This document shows positions 30,265 to 40,256 of a stretch of DNA of 64,000 nucleotides, one piece after another. Origin of the DNA: Cyanophyceae cyanobacterium (lineage in GTDB: Bacteria; Cyanobacteriota; Cyanobacteriia; Cyanobacteriales; JBHJGN01); the NCBI GenBank assembly GCA_050331735.1, contig JBHJGN010000023.1:128001-192000 (forward strand), given 5' to 3'. How positions within the stretch are numbered: the stretch's first letter is position 1; each line of letters opens with the position of its first letter. The notes under the pieces were generated by a model. The model saw only the letters and a program-made list of their open reading frames with translations, made no database searches and was not told where the DNA came from. The translations under genes and the position numbers were made by a program.

Positions 30265-32274
30265 CTAGGCCCATCCCAACTCGGAGGCGCGATCGCGGGC
30301 GAGTTTTGGCACATCGGTAGCCACAAAATGTTCGTGCATCATCTGCACACTGAGCAGATGATTGATCACCGCATCTAGCTGCACCCGTTGGGACACTGGT
30401 GTATTTTCATCTCCATGACGCTGAAGCACCTGCTGCACTCTTTGATAATCCAGCAAGCTACTCTCGGTGATCGCCTGCTTAGATAAATAAGTATCGGCTA
30501 ACCCCTGCATGGCTTTTTGCTTCTCTAAATCGGTATGAGATGGGGGAGCCATGAATGCAAATTTCTGCCGTTCGTACAGGGCTTTGGGCAGCAGCGGACG
30601 CATCATTTCCCGCAGGATATATTTATCCTGACGACCCCGCAGGCGCATATTAACAGGTAAGGTGACGGCAAATTCTACTAGGGGATGGTCGAGAAAGGCC
30701 GGACGCGCTTCTAACGAGTTGGCCATATCTACGCGATCGCCGGCCCACCCGAGAACCTGCGACTCAAACTGAGTTTTGATCCAGACATACTGCGCTTTAT
30801 CAAGGGGATGGCGACCGTCGAGTTGCTCTCGATCTAGGGTTTGAGCGATCGCCGCACCGGGAGAATACTCCCGCGTGGCGGCACGACGGTCTGGATGTAG
30901 CAAGTTGGGAACTAATGAGGCAGCCGATAGCCAAGATTGCAAACAGCTAGGGGTGAAACCTATTAACTCAGTCAGGGCCGGATCGTCAATGGTATTTTCT
31001 GCTAACAAATTGCCCTTAAACAAGCGATTGCTCTCTTGTAGCCAGGCTTGCAAATCGGCTTTTTCCTGGGGTGGGGCATTGTCCATGCCGTGGAGAATAT
31101 AGTCGAGGCGCAGTTGTGGGTAACCCGCAAACAGTTCGTCCGATCCCTCTCCAGTGACGACGACCTTATAGCCAGAGTGATGCACGTATTCACTCATCAA
31201 CAGCTTGGCAACGGTAAAGGTATTGTAGATGCTGCGCTCAGTGTGCCAAATCGTCCGCTGAAAGTGTTCGTAAAGCTGCCTGCCGTCGATAGTGAGGATT
31301 GCTTGGTCGGCGTTAACTGCCTGCGCCATTTCCCGTGCGATCGCCGTCTCATCATAATCTTGGTCATCAAAGCCGATGGTAAACGCTTTTACGGGTGACT
31401 GCTGACAGGCGGCGGCAATGCCCATGATTGAGCACGAGTCAATCCCTCCAGAGAGATAGCAGGCCACGGGAACATCAGCTTCTAATCGTAACTGAATCGC
31501 TTCGACGAAGTGATGACGTAACTGCTCAATATAGGCTTCATCTGGTAGTATGGTTCCCCGTTCCGAAAGCGGGGGAAAGTTCAAATCCCAATACTTTTGC
31601 TTGCGAACCTGCAACCGTCCATCACGACGCTCAAACATCACCATCTGACCCGGTTCGACCGCATAGATCCCTTCAAAAGCCGTTGTCCCCGGGACCATTA
31701 ACTGCATTAATTGGTGGTACAGCCCTTGAGAAGAAAAGCGTCGCTGAACGGCAGGATGAGCGAACAGCACTTTAATTTCTGAGCCAAACACCAATCCTTC
31801 TGGAGTGAGCGTCCAGTAGAGGGGTTTAACGCCAAAGCGATCGCGCACCAGCGTCAGCTTATCTGCCGACCGTTCGTACACAGCAAAGGCAAATTCTCCC
31901 CGCAGATGGGGTAAAGTGGCTTCTAGCCCCAATCTATCGGTCAGATGCAGGACGAGTTCCGAATCGCACTTACTGAAAAAGCGATAGCCCCGCGATGTTA
32001 AATCTGCCCGCAGATACTTATAATCGTAAAACTCACCATTGTGGATCACCGCATACTGTCCGTCAGGAGAAATAAACGGCTGCTGCGCTCGGTCTGGGTC
32101 GAGGTCGATAATCGCTAGACGCGCCTGCCCAAAACCAATCCCGCGATCTTCAATCACCTTCCAGCCCGCTTTATCTGGTCCGCGATGAGACTGAATCGCT
32201 GCCATTGCTACCAGGGTTTCTGGAGACACTGGACGGGAAGGGTCGTGATGCATAACGCCGGCAATACCGCACAT
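30265..32274 (-). CDS. asnB: Asparagine synthase-like glutamine amidotransferase
   Basis: Start MCGIAG at 32274; HRGPD, RLAIID, NGEFY, RDRFGVKPLY, LSGGIDS, TGEGSDELFAGY. Confidence 0.9.
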   Translation of the reverse strand: MCGIAGVMHHDPSRPVSPETLVAMAAIQSHRGPDKAGWKVIEDRGIGFGQARLAIIDLDPDRAQQPFISPDGQYAVIHNGEFYDYKYLRADLTSRGYRFFSKCDSELVLHLTDRLGLEATLPHLRGEFAFAVYERSADKLTLVRDRFGVKPLYWTLTPEGLVFGSEIKVLFAHPAVQRRFSSQGLYHQLMQLMVPGTTAFEGIYAVEPGQMVMFERRDGRLQVRKQKYWDLNFPPLSERGTILPDEAYIEQLRHHFVEAIQLRLEADVPVACYLSGGIDSCSIMGIAAACQQSPVKAFTIGFDDQDYDETAIAREMAQAVNADQAILTIDGRQLYEHFQRTIWHTERSIYNTFTVAKLLMSEYVHHSGYKVVVTGEGSDELFAGYPQLRLDYILHGMDNAPPQEKADLQAWLQESNRLFKGNLLAENTIDDPALTELIGFTPSCLQSWLSAASLVPNLLHPDRRAATREYSPGAAIAQTLDREQLDGRHPLDKAQYVWIKTQFESQVLGWAGDRVDMANSLEARPAFLDHPLVEFAVTLPVNMRLRGRQDKYILREMMRPLLPKALYERQKFAFMAPPSHTDLEKQKAMQGLADTYLSKQAITESSLLDYQRVQQVLQRHGDENTPVSQRVQLDAVINHLLSVQMMHEHFVATDVPKLARDRASELGWA

Positions 32275-32766
32275 AGAAGACCTCGTACTTAGAACTTTCA
32301 AGAAGTATAGTCAATTACTCAATGAAGATTCACGGTTTGTCAGGCGATCGTCATTTTAAGGACAGAGCAGTTAGTTTTTAGATCTATATTGAGCGTTAAT
32401 CGAGTAAGGCGAATTAGATATGGTCAAGTAGTAAATAACTACGTACTGAGGGAAGTGAGACGAATTTTGTAACTAACTTGTGACTGCCAAAGGTTCGGTC
32501 TTAGGTCTGCATAGTTGCTGAATGATGCCGCTTATGGTGGGCTGAGATTGCACCAATAGGATTGAATAGATAGTTAGGTGCTTGAACGCATTCTCCTTAA
32601 TGGAGAATTAATACCATTTACCGAAAGTAGTCAGATAGTTCCCCAAATCAACCAAGTTTTGGAGGTTCAAAGAGAAAGTATTGCTGTGCTTGTCTTTACC
32701 CTTTACTTTTTCCTCTTTTACCCAACTCATCAAGTTTTTCATTACTTTTTCTAATTCGTATACACC

Positions 32767-33597
32767 ATGATGAAACCGCCAAGTCAAAGTCCTACCGAAG
32801 CAGAATTTGTAGTTTCCCATTTCATTAGCCTCCTAGCTGATGCGATAACTTTTTGTCACCTTGCAGAAAATCCAAGCCTTACACGCTCTGCTAGAGCGTC
32901 GCTTGTTCGCGCTTCCATTTTGAATAGCGTTTTTGCATTAGAATGCGTTGCCAATATACTTCTGAAGAGCATTGATTTGTCCAAACATATTTACTTGCGT
33001 TTTGAAAAATTGCCTATTTTGGAGAAATATGAAGCAATATTATTTTTACTTTTTCCTGCACATAACTTTAATCGTGGGGCAAAAGAAGTTCAGGAAATTA
33101 AAGAATTAATCGCTTTACGTAATGCGCAAGTACACGTAAAGGTAAGGCACGAGGAAGCTGTAGGAAAATCAATAAATGAGGCATGGTGGGCTTTTGAGCC
33201 AAAAGATAACTCAAAAACCAAAGTCTTGAAAGTTCCCAAAAATTCCGATCGGTGGGATAGTTCTTATGGCGTAATGGCGCTACAGTCACTTGATACATTC
33301 TTAAAGCTATTTCTTATTGATTGGGCACATTTTTCTCCATACGATGTGTCTAATACCTTGCTTTACCAGGTGCAATTTGGGAACAAAGAAGCTATTTTAA
33401 TGCCTGAAGATAGTATCAGTGCGCTGGATCTTGCTAAAAAGCATATGGGCTTGAAGCTAGATTTTATGGATTTAGATATCCCAAATGTGCGGGTATCATT
33501 TATAGACAAAGATGTTAGTAAATCCTTGTGCGCGAAGGTCAAGATAGTTCATAGCTCTAAGTTTCGCTTGTCAACGCCGTGTCTAACAATGGCATGA
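32767..33597 (+). CDS. Putative HEPN-domain protein
   Basis: AT-rich 276-aa ORF; helical ...FALE... followed by LRNAQVH (R-x4-H). Confidence 0.6.
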   Translation: MMKPPSQSPTEAEFVVSHFISLLADAITFCHLAENPSLTRSARASLVRASILNSVFALECVANILLKSIDLSKHIYLRFEKLPILEKYEAILFLLFPAHNFNRGAKEVQEIKELIALRNAQVHVKVRHEEAVGKSINEAWWAFEPKDNSKTKVLKVPKNSDRWDSSYGVMALQSLDTFLKLFLIDWAHFSPYDVSNTLLYQVQFGNKEAILMPEDSISALDLAKKHMGLKLDFMDLDIPNVRVSFIDKDVSKSLCAKVKIVHSSKFRLSTPCLTMA

Positions 33598-33667
33598 ACC
33601 CAACCGCCTTCGAGCTTGCGCTTCATAGAAAGTATCGTGGCGGCAGGTTACACCGGACCTTATCCTG
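33581..33667 (+). other. Degenerate attC-like recombination site
   Basis: R'' GTCTAAC, L'' GGCATGAACC, CCGCC...GGCGG stem, L' GGTTACACC, decayed R' CTTATCC; the ORF stop lies inside the site. Confidence 0.55.
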
Positions 33668-33786
33668 CCTCAGCTATAGGTTTTGGCAGTTTTTGAAAGC
33701 GCTTTGGTTAGCGGTAATCGGTGCGCGATCTCAACGAGTGGCTTACGCTCGAAGTGAGATTTAACTTTAGATGAGGTTTGTGGTCG

Positions 33787-34027
33787 ATGCCAGAGCCATT
33801 AGAAGAACGAGTCGCTCGTTTAGACGCTGAAGTTACACGGCTAAAAAACAAAGCAGAAAACGGCACGTCTTCTAAACCTTGATAGGAGAGAATCTTTGGG
33901 ACATTTCAGCATTTTGGATCGTGGAGGTATTAATGCTCAATGGCTGATACAAGGATTCGCAAGCATTGATTCCAATCAAGTAGCAACAAGCATCATCAGC
34001 TATAAAGAGCAAACGTATTGTATCTAA
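33787..34027 (+). pseudogene. Relic of an antitoxin + PIN toxin pair
   Basis: MPEPLEERVARLDAEVTRLK...KP**ERIFGTF (PWWE with both TGG changed to stops), joined to a PIN-like fragment SILDRGG...VATSIISYKEQ. Confidence 0.6.
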
Positions 34028-34063
34028 AGTTGCGTATCGTCACTGCTTTCACTTCTTATAAAT

Positions 34064-34462
34064 TTACAGCAGCAACGCAGATTGAAGACCGAAATGGGTT
34101 TTAAATGGCTCAAAATCTTGATCTGCGTAAAGTAAAGGTAAATTGTTTGCTATGCAGTACATTGCCATTAGACAGACAATTGTTTTTCTAACAGTGATTC
34201 CCTGCTTGCGGAGTTTTCGATAGTTATCAGCAGATTTAATTCCCGTGGAAATATTGCATAAAGAAATGAGTTCGAGTTTCTGCAATAGCTGTTTTACTAG
34301 TTGATAGTCTTGATCCTCTCTAAACCCCTGTAGAATTTCAGCAAGGACCAAATCGCCAATAATGATTATTGTCGAGGACAGTAAATTATCTAATTTATCT
34401 GTCTGAACAGTAGCTTTGCCGTTAACGTAATCGATCCAAACGCTCGTACCTATAAAAAACAT
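34064..34462 (-). CDS. vapC: VapC PIN-domain toxin, probably inactive
   Basis: TSVWID, LAEILQGFR, RKTIxC, DQDF; two conserved Asp positions read Gly and Val. Confidence 0.85.
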   Translation of the reverse strand: MFFIGTSVWIDYVNGKATVQTDKLDNLLSSTIIIIGDLVLAEILQGFREDQDYQLVKQLLQKLELISLCNISTGIKSADNYRKLRKQGITVRKTIVCLMAMYCIANNLPLLYADQDFEPFKTHFGLQSALLL

Positions 34463-34653
34463 TAATCTGTTTTCATCTGTTCAAGATCGCCTTTCCATGG
34501 CAGCTTTCCTTGGCAATGCTTGATTTTTCCCTGTTTTTTGAGCTTAATCAAAGTTTTAAGACCAAGCTCTACCGCATCTCTCTTAGTCTTCGGTCCAGTG
34601 AGCGTCAGCGCTTCTTGCATTAGCTCATCATCAATCACTATATTGGTACGCAT
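34462..34653 (-). CDS. vapB: VapB antitoxin
   Basis: MRTNIVIDDELMQEAL...TKRDAVELGL; its stop overlaps the vapC start. Confidence 0.88.
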   Translation of the reverse strand: MRTNIVIDDELMQEALTLTGPKTKRDAVELGLKTLIKLKKQGKIKHCQGKLPWKGDLEQMKTD

Positions 34654-34861
34654 CTTTCTTATATGTGTATTTTCTGCTCACACTTTACACATTGAGCCGA
34701 TAATCAGGTAAAGAACATCAACAAGCCAATCACTAGAGTTTTTGGGTTTAAGCCATTAGCGTTCATCTAAAAGCGTCAAATCGAGCACAATTGAGCAGAC
34801 TGGTTCTGTGCTATATAAGGGCATAAATACTTAATATACAGCTACTATATTTTATTGAAGT

Positions 34862-35554
34862 ATGACATTCTCGATTGTGGCTTGGGATTCAGCGACTCGC
34901 ATGACTGGAGTGGCAGTCGCAACAAAACATCTCGCAGTAGGAGCCTTAGTGCCTCATGCTAGAGCAGATGTGGGGGCGATCGCCACGCAAGCTCAGACAA
35001 ATCCACTGTTGGGAATTTTAGGTTTGCAACTACTAGAGCAACAGGGCAGCGAAGCCATTACTCCGAAAGAGGTCATTGCCACCTTGCTAGAGGACGATGA
35101 AGATCGCCATCACCGTCAGCTTCACCTCGTTGACCGCCAGGGTCGTACCGCCGCCTGGACTGGTCAGGGATGCGTTGATTGGGCAGGACACTTCACTTTC
35201 CCTAACTTTTCGGTAGCGGGAAATATGCTGGTAGGCGAACAAACGCTCACCGCAATGGCAGATGCCTATCAATCTAAAGCAGGTATGGAGTTCTGCGAGC
35301 GCTTATTGCAGGCTCTTGAAGCTGGAGAAGCGGCTGGGGGTGATAAGCGCGGTCGCCAGTCAGCAGCGATCTATGTGGTGCATCAAGATTACTACCCCCA
35401 TCTAGATTTACGTATTGACCACCACGACGATCCCATTGCCCAGTTGCGTTATCTCTTTGAAGAATCGCGCAAAGACTACTACCAACAGTTTCGCCAATCT
35501 ATGCCTAGTCGGGGTCGTTTACCAGAGACGCTCCCGCGAAGACAAGCAGCGTAG
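34862..35554 (+). CDS. DUF1028 / Ntn-hydrolase-like protein
   Basis: MTFSIVA, GAIATQA, AGNML, AGGDKRGRQSAA, DLRIDH. Confidence 0.88.
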   Translation: MTFSIVAWDSATRMTGVAVATKHLAVGALVPHARADVGAIATQAQTNPLLGILGLQLLEQQGSEAITPKEVIATLLEDDEDRHHRQLHLVDRQGRTAAWTGQGCVDWAGHFTFPNFSVAGNMLVGEQTLTAMADAYQSKAGMEFCERLLQALEAGEAAGGDKRGRQSAAIYVVHQDYYPHLDLRIDHHDDPIAQLRYLFEESRKDYYQQFRQSMPSRGRLPETLPRRQAA

Positions 35555-35724
35555 TCCCGGCGGGACGGGAAAAGGGTAAAGGGTAAATAGTCCCTACGGG
35601 ACGGGAAAAGGGGAAAATCTTTAGTCTTCTCTATGCTGAGTACGGCAAAAGGGGTCAAGAAAAACACGCATAAGTTCTCCCTTTGCCCTTTCCCCCTTCC
35701 CCTTTTCCCAGCGCCGCAGGCGCT
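35553..35724. repeat. Modular mini-hairpin/GGGAAA repeat element, copy 3
   Basis: GTCCCggcgGGGAC, GTCCCtacGGGAC, GCGCCgcaGGCGC between convergent stop codons. Confidence 0.8.
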
Positions 35725-37417
35725 AGATATTCGCCACAGACTTAAAGGAGGCTTTGAGCCATTCGCCTGCTTCCTTGAGATTTTGTTTCAACGGCTTATC
35801 AACATTCATAAACACCCGAGCGCAGTTTCGTCCCGGCATTCCTGAAATAGCCCCGCCTGGATGCGTTCCTGCACCTGTCAAGAATAAACCTTTAATCGGC
35901 GTTTGATAGTTGGCAATTTCCGGCAAGGGACGGAGAAACACCATTTGCTCTAGGGTCATATCAACGTGATAGTAGTTACCCTTGTAGGCACCTAAGCGTT
36001 CTCCTAATTCGGCTGGACTTTCAACGCGTCGTGCAATAATCGACTCTTTAATATTGGGAGCGTAATCAGCCAGCTTATCGATCACTCGGTCTGCTACCTT
36101 GTTTTTTAGCGTGTCTGTCCATCCCGTTCCATTTAATCCTGTCCCTTCTGCTCCAGCAATCTGATAGGGAGCGAAAAATTCAATCCAGAGCGTATGCTTG
36201 CCGTCAGGGGCCATAGACGGATCTAAAACTGTTGGCACATCAACGTACATTGAGGGGTTAGCGTCAGGGATTTTGCCCATCGACGGCAGCGAATGAGCTT
36301 CTTCAACATGATTAAAGGAATCAGCAATCAGCACAGAACCAATCCAGTAGTCGTCTTGATGATCGAATCCCTCAAAACGCGGGATCTCCGACAGCGCACA
36401 GTCAATTTTGAGAATGGTTTCGTTGTTGTTAACAATACGGCGCTCTAGCCGTTCTCTCAGGTTAGGATCGGCAGCGTGAATGTCTGCTGGGTCGAGCATT
36501 TGCAGGAAGAGGCGTTTGGCATCCAGATTAGAAATGATGCCTTTGCGGGCGCGGTACTCTTCTCCTCCTGCCACTCTTACCCCGGCTGCCCGTCCGTCAT
36601 CGTCGATTAACACCTGCTCCACAGGGCGATCGCACAATACCTCCCCGCCATCACTTTTGACGCGATTCACCAGGGCATCAATGAGCGCCCCTGTTCCGCC
36701 ACGGGGTCTGGCCATCCCCGGGTGATGGCGCAGAGACATCATCATGCCGCCAATGGCGATGGTTTTTTGAGACGGAGGCGCACCCAGTTCTGAAGCGAGT
36801 CTCGCCAGAGGCGCGATCAAAAATTCTGAATCGAACCATTCATGGAGAGAATCTTCGGGACTGGTTAACATGGTGCGAATGAGATCTAGGGTTTTATCAA
36901 CGCCGCCCAACGTTGACAAAATATCTTGCAGATTCTTCAAGCCGTAGTTTCCGACAATGTCCACAATCGACTGAGGTGGAGCATTAAAAATAGGAGCAAT
37001 GCCCTGAGTAAGGCGCTGCCAAAAGTTCATGTATTCGGCGTACTTTTGGGCATCGCGATCGCTGTAGCGAGCAATTTCAGCACAGGTTTTTTCAAGGGAG
37101 CGATGAGCGAGAAAAGACTTGCCGTCTGGATGGGGACAAAACACCACCGGATCGCAGTATAGGTACTCCAAGCCGTATTTTTCTAGCTCTAATTCTTCAA
37201 CCACAGGTCCAAGATGGATAAACTCGTGGTCGATGGCGCAGAGGTTGAACTTAAATCCAGGGGCCTCAGAGGGCAGAGCCTCTTCTGTTGTAGCCGCACC
37301 GCCGGGAACAGAGCGTTTTTCGAGGAGCAACACGCTGTAACCAGCTTTTAATAGATAAGCAGCGCAAATTAAACCATTATGACCTGCGCCAATAATAATC
37401 ACGTCGTAAGCTTGCAT
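35723..37417 (-). CDS. crtO: Beta-carotene ketolase CrtO
   Basis: IIGAGHNGL FAD motif, PGGAATTEE, CAIDHEFI, GAGTHPGG; resembles recalled cyanobacterial CrtO. Confidence 0.88.
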   Translation of the reverse strand: MQAYDVIIIGAGHNGLICAAYLLKAGYSVLLLEKRSVPGGAATTEEALPSEAPGFKFNLCAIDHEFIHLGPVVEELELEKYGLEYLYCDPVVFCPHPDGKSFLAHRSLEKTCAEIARYSDRDAQKYAEYMNFWQRLTQGIAPIFNAPPQSIVDIVGNYGLKNLQDILSTLGGVDKTLDLIRTMLTSPEDSLHEWFDSEFLIAPLARLASELGAPPSQKTIAIGGMMMSLRHHPGMARPRGGTGALIDALVNRVKSDGGEVLCDRPVEQVLIDDDGRAAGVRVAGGEEYRARKGIISNLDAKRLFLQMLDPADIHAADPNLRERLERRIVNNNETILKIDCALSEIPRFEGFDHQDDYWIGSVLIADSFNHVEEAHSLPSMGKIPDANPSMYVDVPTVLDPSMAPDGKHTLWIEFFAPYQIAGAEGTGLNGTGWTDTLKNKVADRVIDKLADYAPNIKESIIARRVESPAELGERLGAYKGNYYHVDMTLEQMVFLRPLPEIANYQTPIKGLFLTGAGTHPGGAISGMPGRNCARVFMNVDKPLKQNLKEAGEWLKASFKSVANI

Positions 37418-37772
37418 ATATCGTGTTTGAGCTTGAGAATCTTTCTATGCTAGAGAATCTGCATTATCCCAAACACAGTCTCAGGGAAGAGATGGACTTG
37501 GAGAGAGAGTTATGCCTACTCGACCAATTTATATTGGCTATTAATCTTACCGCTACATTGGGTTGAATATCAGTTATTAGTCTCTTTACCAACTCCAGGG
37601 ATAAAGTAGGCGCTTGTCGAGGTGGTAAGTGAAGAGAGTTCAGGAGATATAACAACTCACTGAGACTAACTAATGTGTTATTTTGGTGAGCGCAGGAAGT
37701 TATTCATAGCCGCTCAACCCGATTTTTGAGTAAGTGACTCCGGCGTAAAGATATGTCAGATTAAACTTCACC

Positions 37773-39140
37773 GTGACAAGTGGCAGAAAAAAGAAAAAGT
37801 GGACGGTTTTTTCCCTATTCTCGGGCGGAATGGGTCTGGATCTTGGCCTTGAAGCAACCGGACGTTTTGAAACCCGAATCTGTGTCGAAAGTGCCAAGGC
37901 TTTTTGTGACACAATTAGGCTGAACCAAGCGAAGGGAAGGCTTTCTGAGAATCTCCAGATCGTAGAGGGTGACATATCTAGTATCGACCCCAAAAACTTA
38001 TTTGTCGATTTGGGAGTGGATCCTTCGGAAATTGATGTGGTTGTTGGTGGTCCACCCTGCCAGTCATTTAGCACAGCAGGTCGCCGAGGGACAGTTCAGG
38101 ATCCGAGAGGAACGTTAATCTGGGACTTTTTGCGCTTTGTCGAATTTGTAAAGCCGAAGTTCTTTTTGATGGAGAATGTTCGTGGACTTTTGTCTGCTGC
38201 CCTTAAGCATCGGCCTATTGCCAAACGGCCTGGTAAGGGTGGCCCACCTTTATTACCCGAAGAAGAGCCTGGATCTGTTGTTCGCCTGTTTGCATCCGAT
38301 CTAGCGAAGCTCAAAGGCATTTCTTATCACCTCGATATTTTTGAGGTGAATGCAGTTAATTACGGTGCTCCGCAGATCAGGGAAAGAGTCCTGTTTATCG
38401 GAAATATATTTGGAAAAATCGTAGATTTTCCTGCGCCGACTCATGGTCCAAATAGCTCGGACGGCGACAAGTCTAGTCAAATATCACTTTTTGGCGAATC
38501 AAGCAAGAGACCTTGGCGAACGCTTGGAGATGCCCTTGAAGGTCTTGGAGATCCCGATCCTTTGGTTCTAGACTTCAGTCCTAGGAAGAAGTCTTTTCTT
38601 GAATTAGTTCCTCCAGGGTCAAATTGGAGAAGCCTTCCCTTGGAGATTCAACAAGAGTCAATGGGAAAAGCCTGGTATGCCAAAGGTGGTCGTTCAGGTT
38701 GGTGGCGAAGGCTTACGTTCGATTTGCCGTCGCCAACCCTCATTACTATGCCAAACCATGCAAGCACATCTCTCTGCCATCCGACAGAGACTCGAGCACT
38801 CTCAGTTCGTGAATATGCTCGCATTCAGGAGTTTCCAGACGACTGGGAGTTTGCTGGGACTATTTCTGAGCAGTATGCCCAATTGGGAAATGCAGTGCCA
38901 ACCCGCCTAGGTAAAGTTGCAGGAGAGGTCATCGACAAAGAGCTCCATCAGTTATTATCCAAGAATGCCGCCCCTTCACTGGAGAATGTCGGTACTCCGC
39001 GAATTGTTTATCTCCAATCCCACGTTCGGACTCGTCAATGGTTCAAGAATGGTCAGGTAATCCACTGGAAAGACGGAGAAGATAATAAGGGTGCTCAATA
39101 TTCTCCACCGAAAACCATAACGGCTAAACGCTCAATTTAA
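37773..39140 (+). CDS. C5 cytosine methyltransferase of a type II R-M system
   Basis: LFSGGMG, GGPPCQSFS, ENVRG, QIRER, QLGNAVP; GTG start. Confidence 0.93.
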   Translation: MTSGRKKKKWTVFSLFSGGMGLDLGLEATGRFETRICVESAKAFCDTIRLNQAKGRLSENLQIVEGDISSIDPKNLFVDLGVDPSEIDVVVGGPPCQSFSTAGRRGTVQDPRGTLIWDFLRFVEFVKPKFFLMENVRGLLSAALKHRPIAKRPGKGGPPLLPEEEPGSVVRLFASDLAKLKGISYHLDIFEVNAVNYGAPQIRERVLFIGNIFGKIVDFPAPTHGPNSSDGDKSSQISLFGESSKRPWRTLGDALEGLGDPDPLVLDFSPRKKSFLELVPPGSNWRSLPLEIQQESMGKAWYAKGGRSGWWRRLTFDLPSPTLITMPNHASTSLCHPTETRALSVREYARIQEFPDDWEFAGTISEQYAQLGNAVPTRLGKVAGEVIDKELHQLLSKNAAPSLENVGTPRIVYLQSHVRTRQWFKNGQVIHWKDGEDNKGAQYSPPKTITAKRSI

Positions 39141-39144
39141 ATTT

Positions 39145-40116
39145 ATGCCAAGAGGACATCCCGATCTTCCGCGTGCAACTAAAACAACGCTCTCTAGACG
39201 ACATATATTGGACCAGTTAATGGTAATTGATGCCGATCAAGAGAGCCGATCCCGTGTCTTACGACTTGAGACGGCATTCCAAAAAAAGATTGATACCCAT
39301 ATTGTTTCATTGCCCCCCACTGACGCAATATTTCAGAAGTTTAATACAAGTCCTTACGTTTTACTGATTCATGCGAAGCAGAGGAAGTACACCAAGGTCA
39401 GTGAACTCGAGGCTGATATTTTGCCTGCAAAACAATTTTCCTCAATGGAGACATCCGCCGGTCGAATGGTTGAAGAGGTTGTATTGCCTGAGTATGGTTG
39501 GCAGTGTGTTGTCAGCGAGATGCACACAGCGAACTCAGCTCTGGATGGAAAGTTTAAGGACGGGGATGTGCTTCGACTTGCGACGCTTAAAAGCGGTCCT
39601 CGCTGCCTTAATGATGAGATGAGTGAAAATTTTGCTGATGCAATCCTGTCTAATTATAGGGAGTGGGCAAGAGAAGCGGTAGTATTAGATCTAGATTTTA
39701 CATATGGTGTTCTCTATGGCACCCCGAAGCAGTCAAATAAGAAAGATTGGCATATTCTCCGAAATCTCAAAGACAAGCGTCCTTCTGCTATTACTATTGA
39801 GCCCGCACAACAGTGGAATTGCGAATTTCGGGAGAATGAGGTCGCGGTCAAAGTTGCTGTAAGGATCGGATTAGATTGGTGGCGACATCTTGGAGGCGAA
39901 CTCTGCTTCATCGAAGTCTTTACGGCATTGATTCGCGCCTGTATTAATGCTGGTATGTCAGACGCGAAGTCGTACCAGTACACCATATCAGACTTGAACA
40001 ATATTGTTGATACATCTCGAGTGGAAAAGGATTATAATGTCTCACTTCTACAGCGCAGCCAGATCCCTTGGCTCTTCCTGATGGCGAGGCACTTCTGCGA
40101 TGAACTAACGCAATAA
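39145..40116 (+). CDS. Putative type II restriction endonuclease, PD-(D/E)xK-like
   Basis: 4 bp downstream of the methyltransferase; SMETSAG..E, D, LKSGP..N pattern. Confidence 0.65.
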   Translation: MPRGHPDLPRATKTTLSRRHILDQLMVIDADQESRSRVLRLETAFQKKIDTHIVSLPPTDAIFQKFNTSPYVLLIHAKQRKYTKVSELEADILPAKQFSSMETSAGRMVEEVVLPEYGWQCVVSEMHTANSALDGKFKDGDVLRLATLKSGPRCLNDEMSENFADAILSNYREWAREAVVLDLDFTYGVLYGTPKQSNKKDWHILRNLKDKRPSAITIEPAQQWNCEFRENEVAVKVAVRIGLDWWRHLGGELCFIEVFTALIRACINAGMSDAKSYQYTISDLNNIVDTSRVEKDYNVSLLQRSQIPWLFLMARHFCDELTQ

Positions 40117-40256
40117 CGATATTCCAAAAGGCGAGTCAGGTAAACTCTCTGTGTCGTACTTTTACCATGCAAAGATGTTGGATATCTCAATGATTTCAAT
40201 TCAGAAGTCGGTTTTGAACGCCATATCGGTTGAGCACAAATCGTTATATGAAATAC

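Noticed and set aside
35723..37417. crtO as part of a photoprotection supercluster with scytonemin
   Set aside because: It lies 17 kb from the locus, separated by unrelated housekeeping genes.
37647..37706. Possible attC upstream of the R-M pair (ATATAAC...GTTATTC)
   Set aside because: Pairing is weak, the L boxes are unclear and no partner site was seen after the endonuclease.
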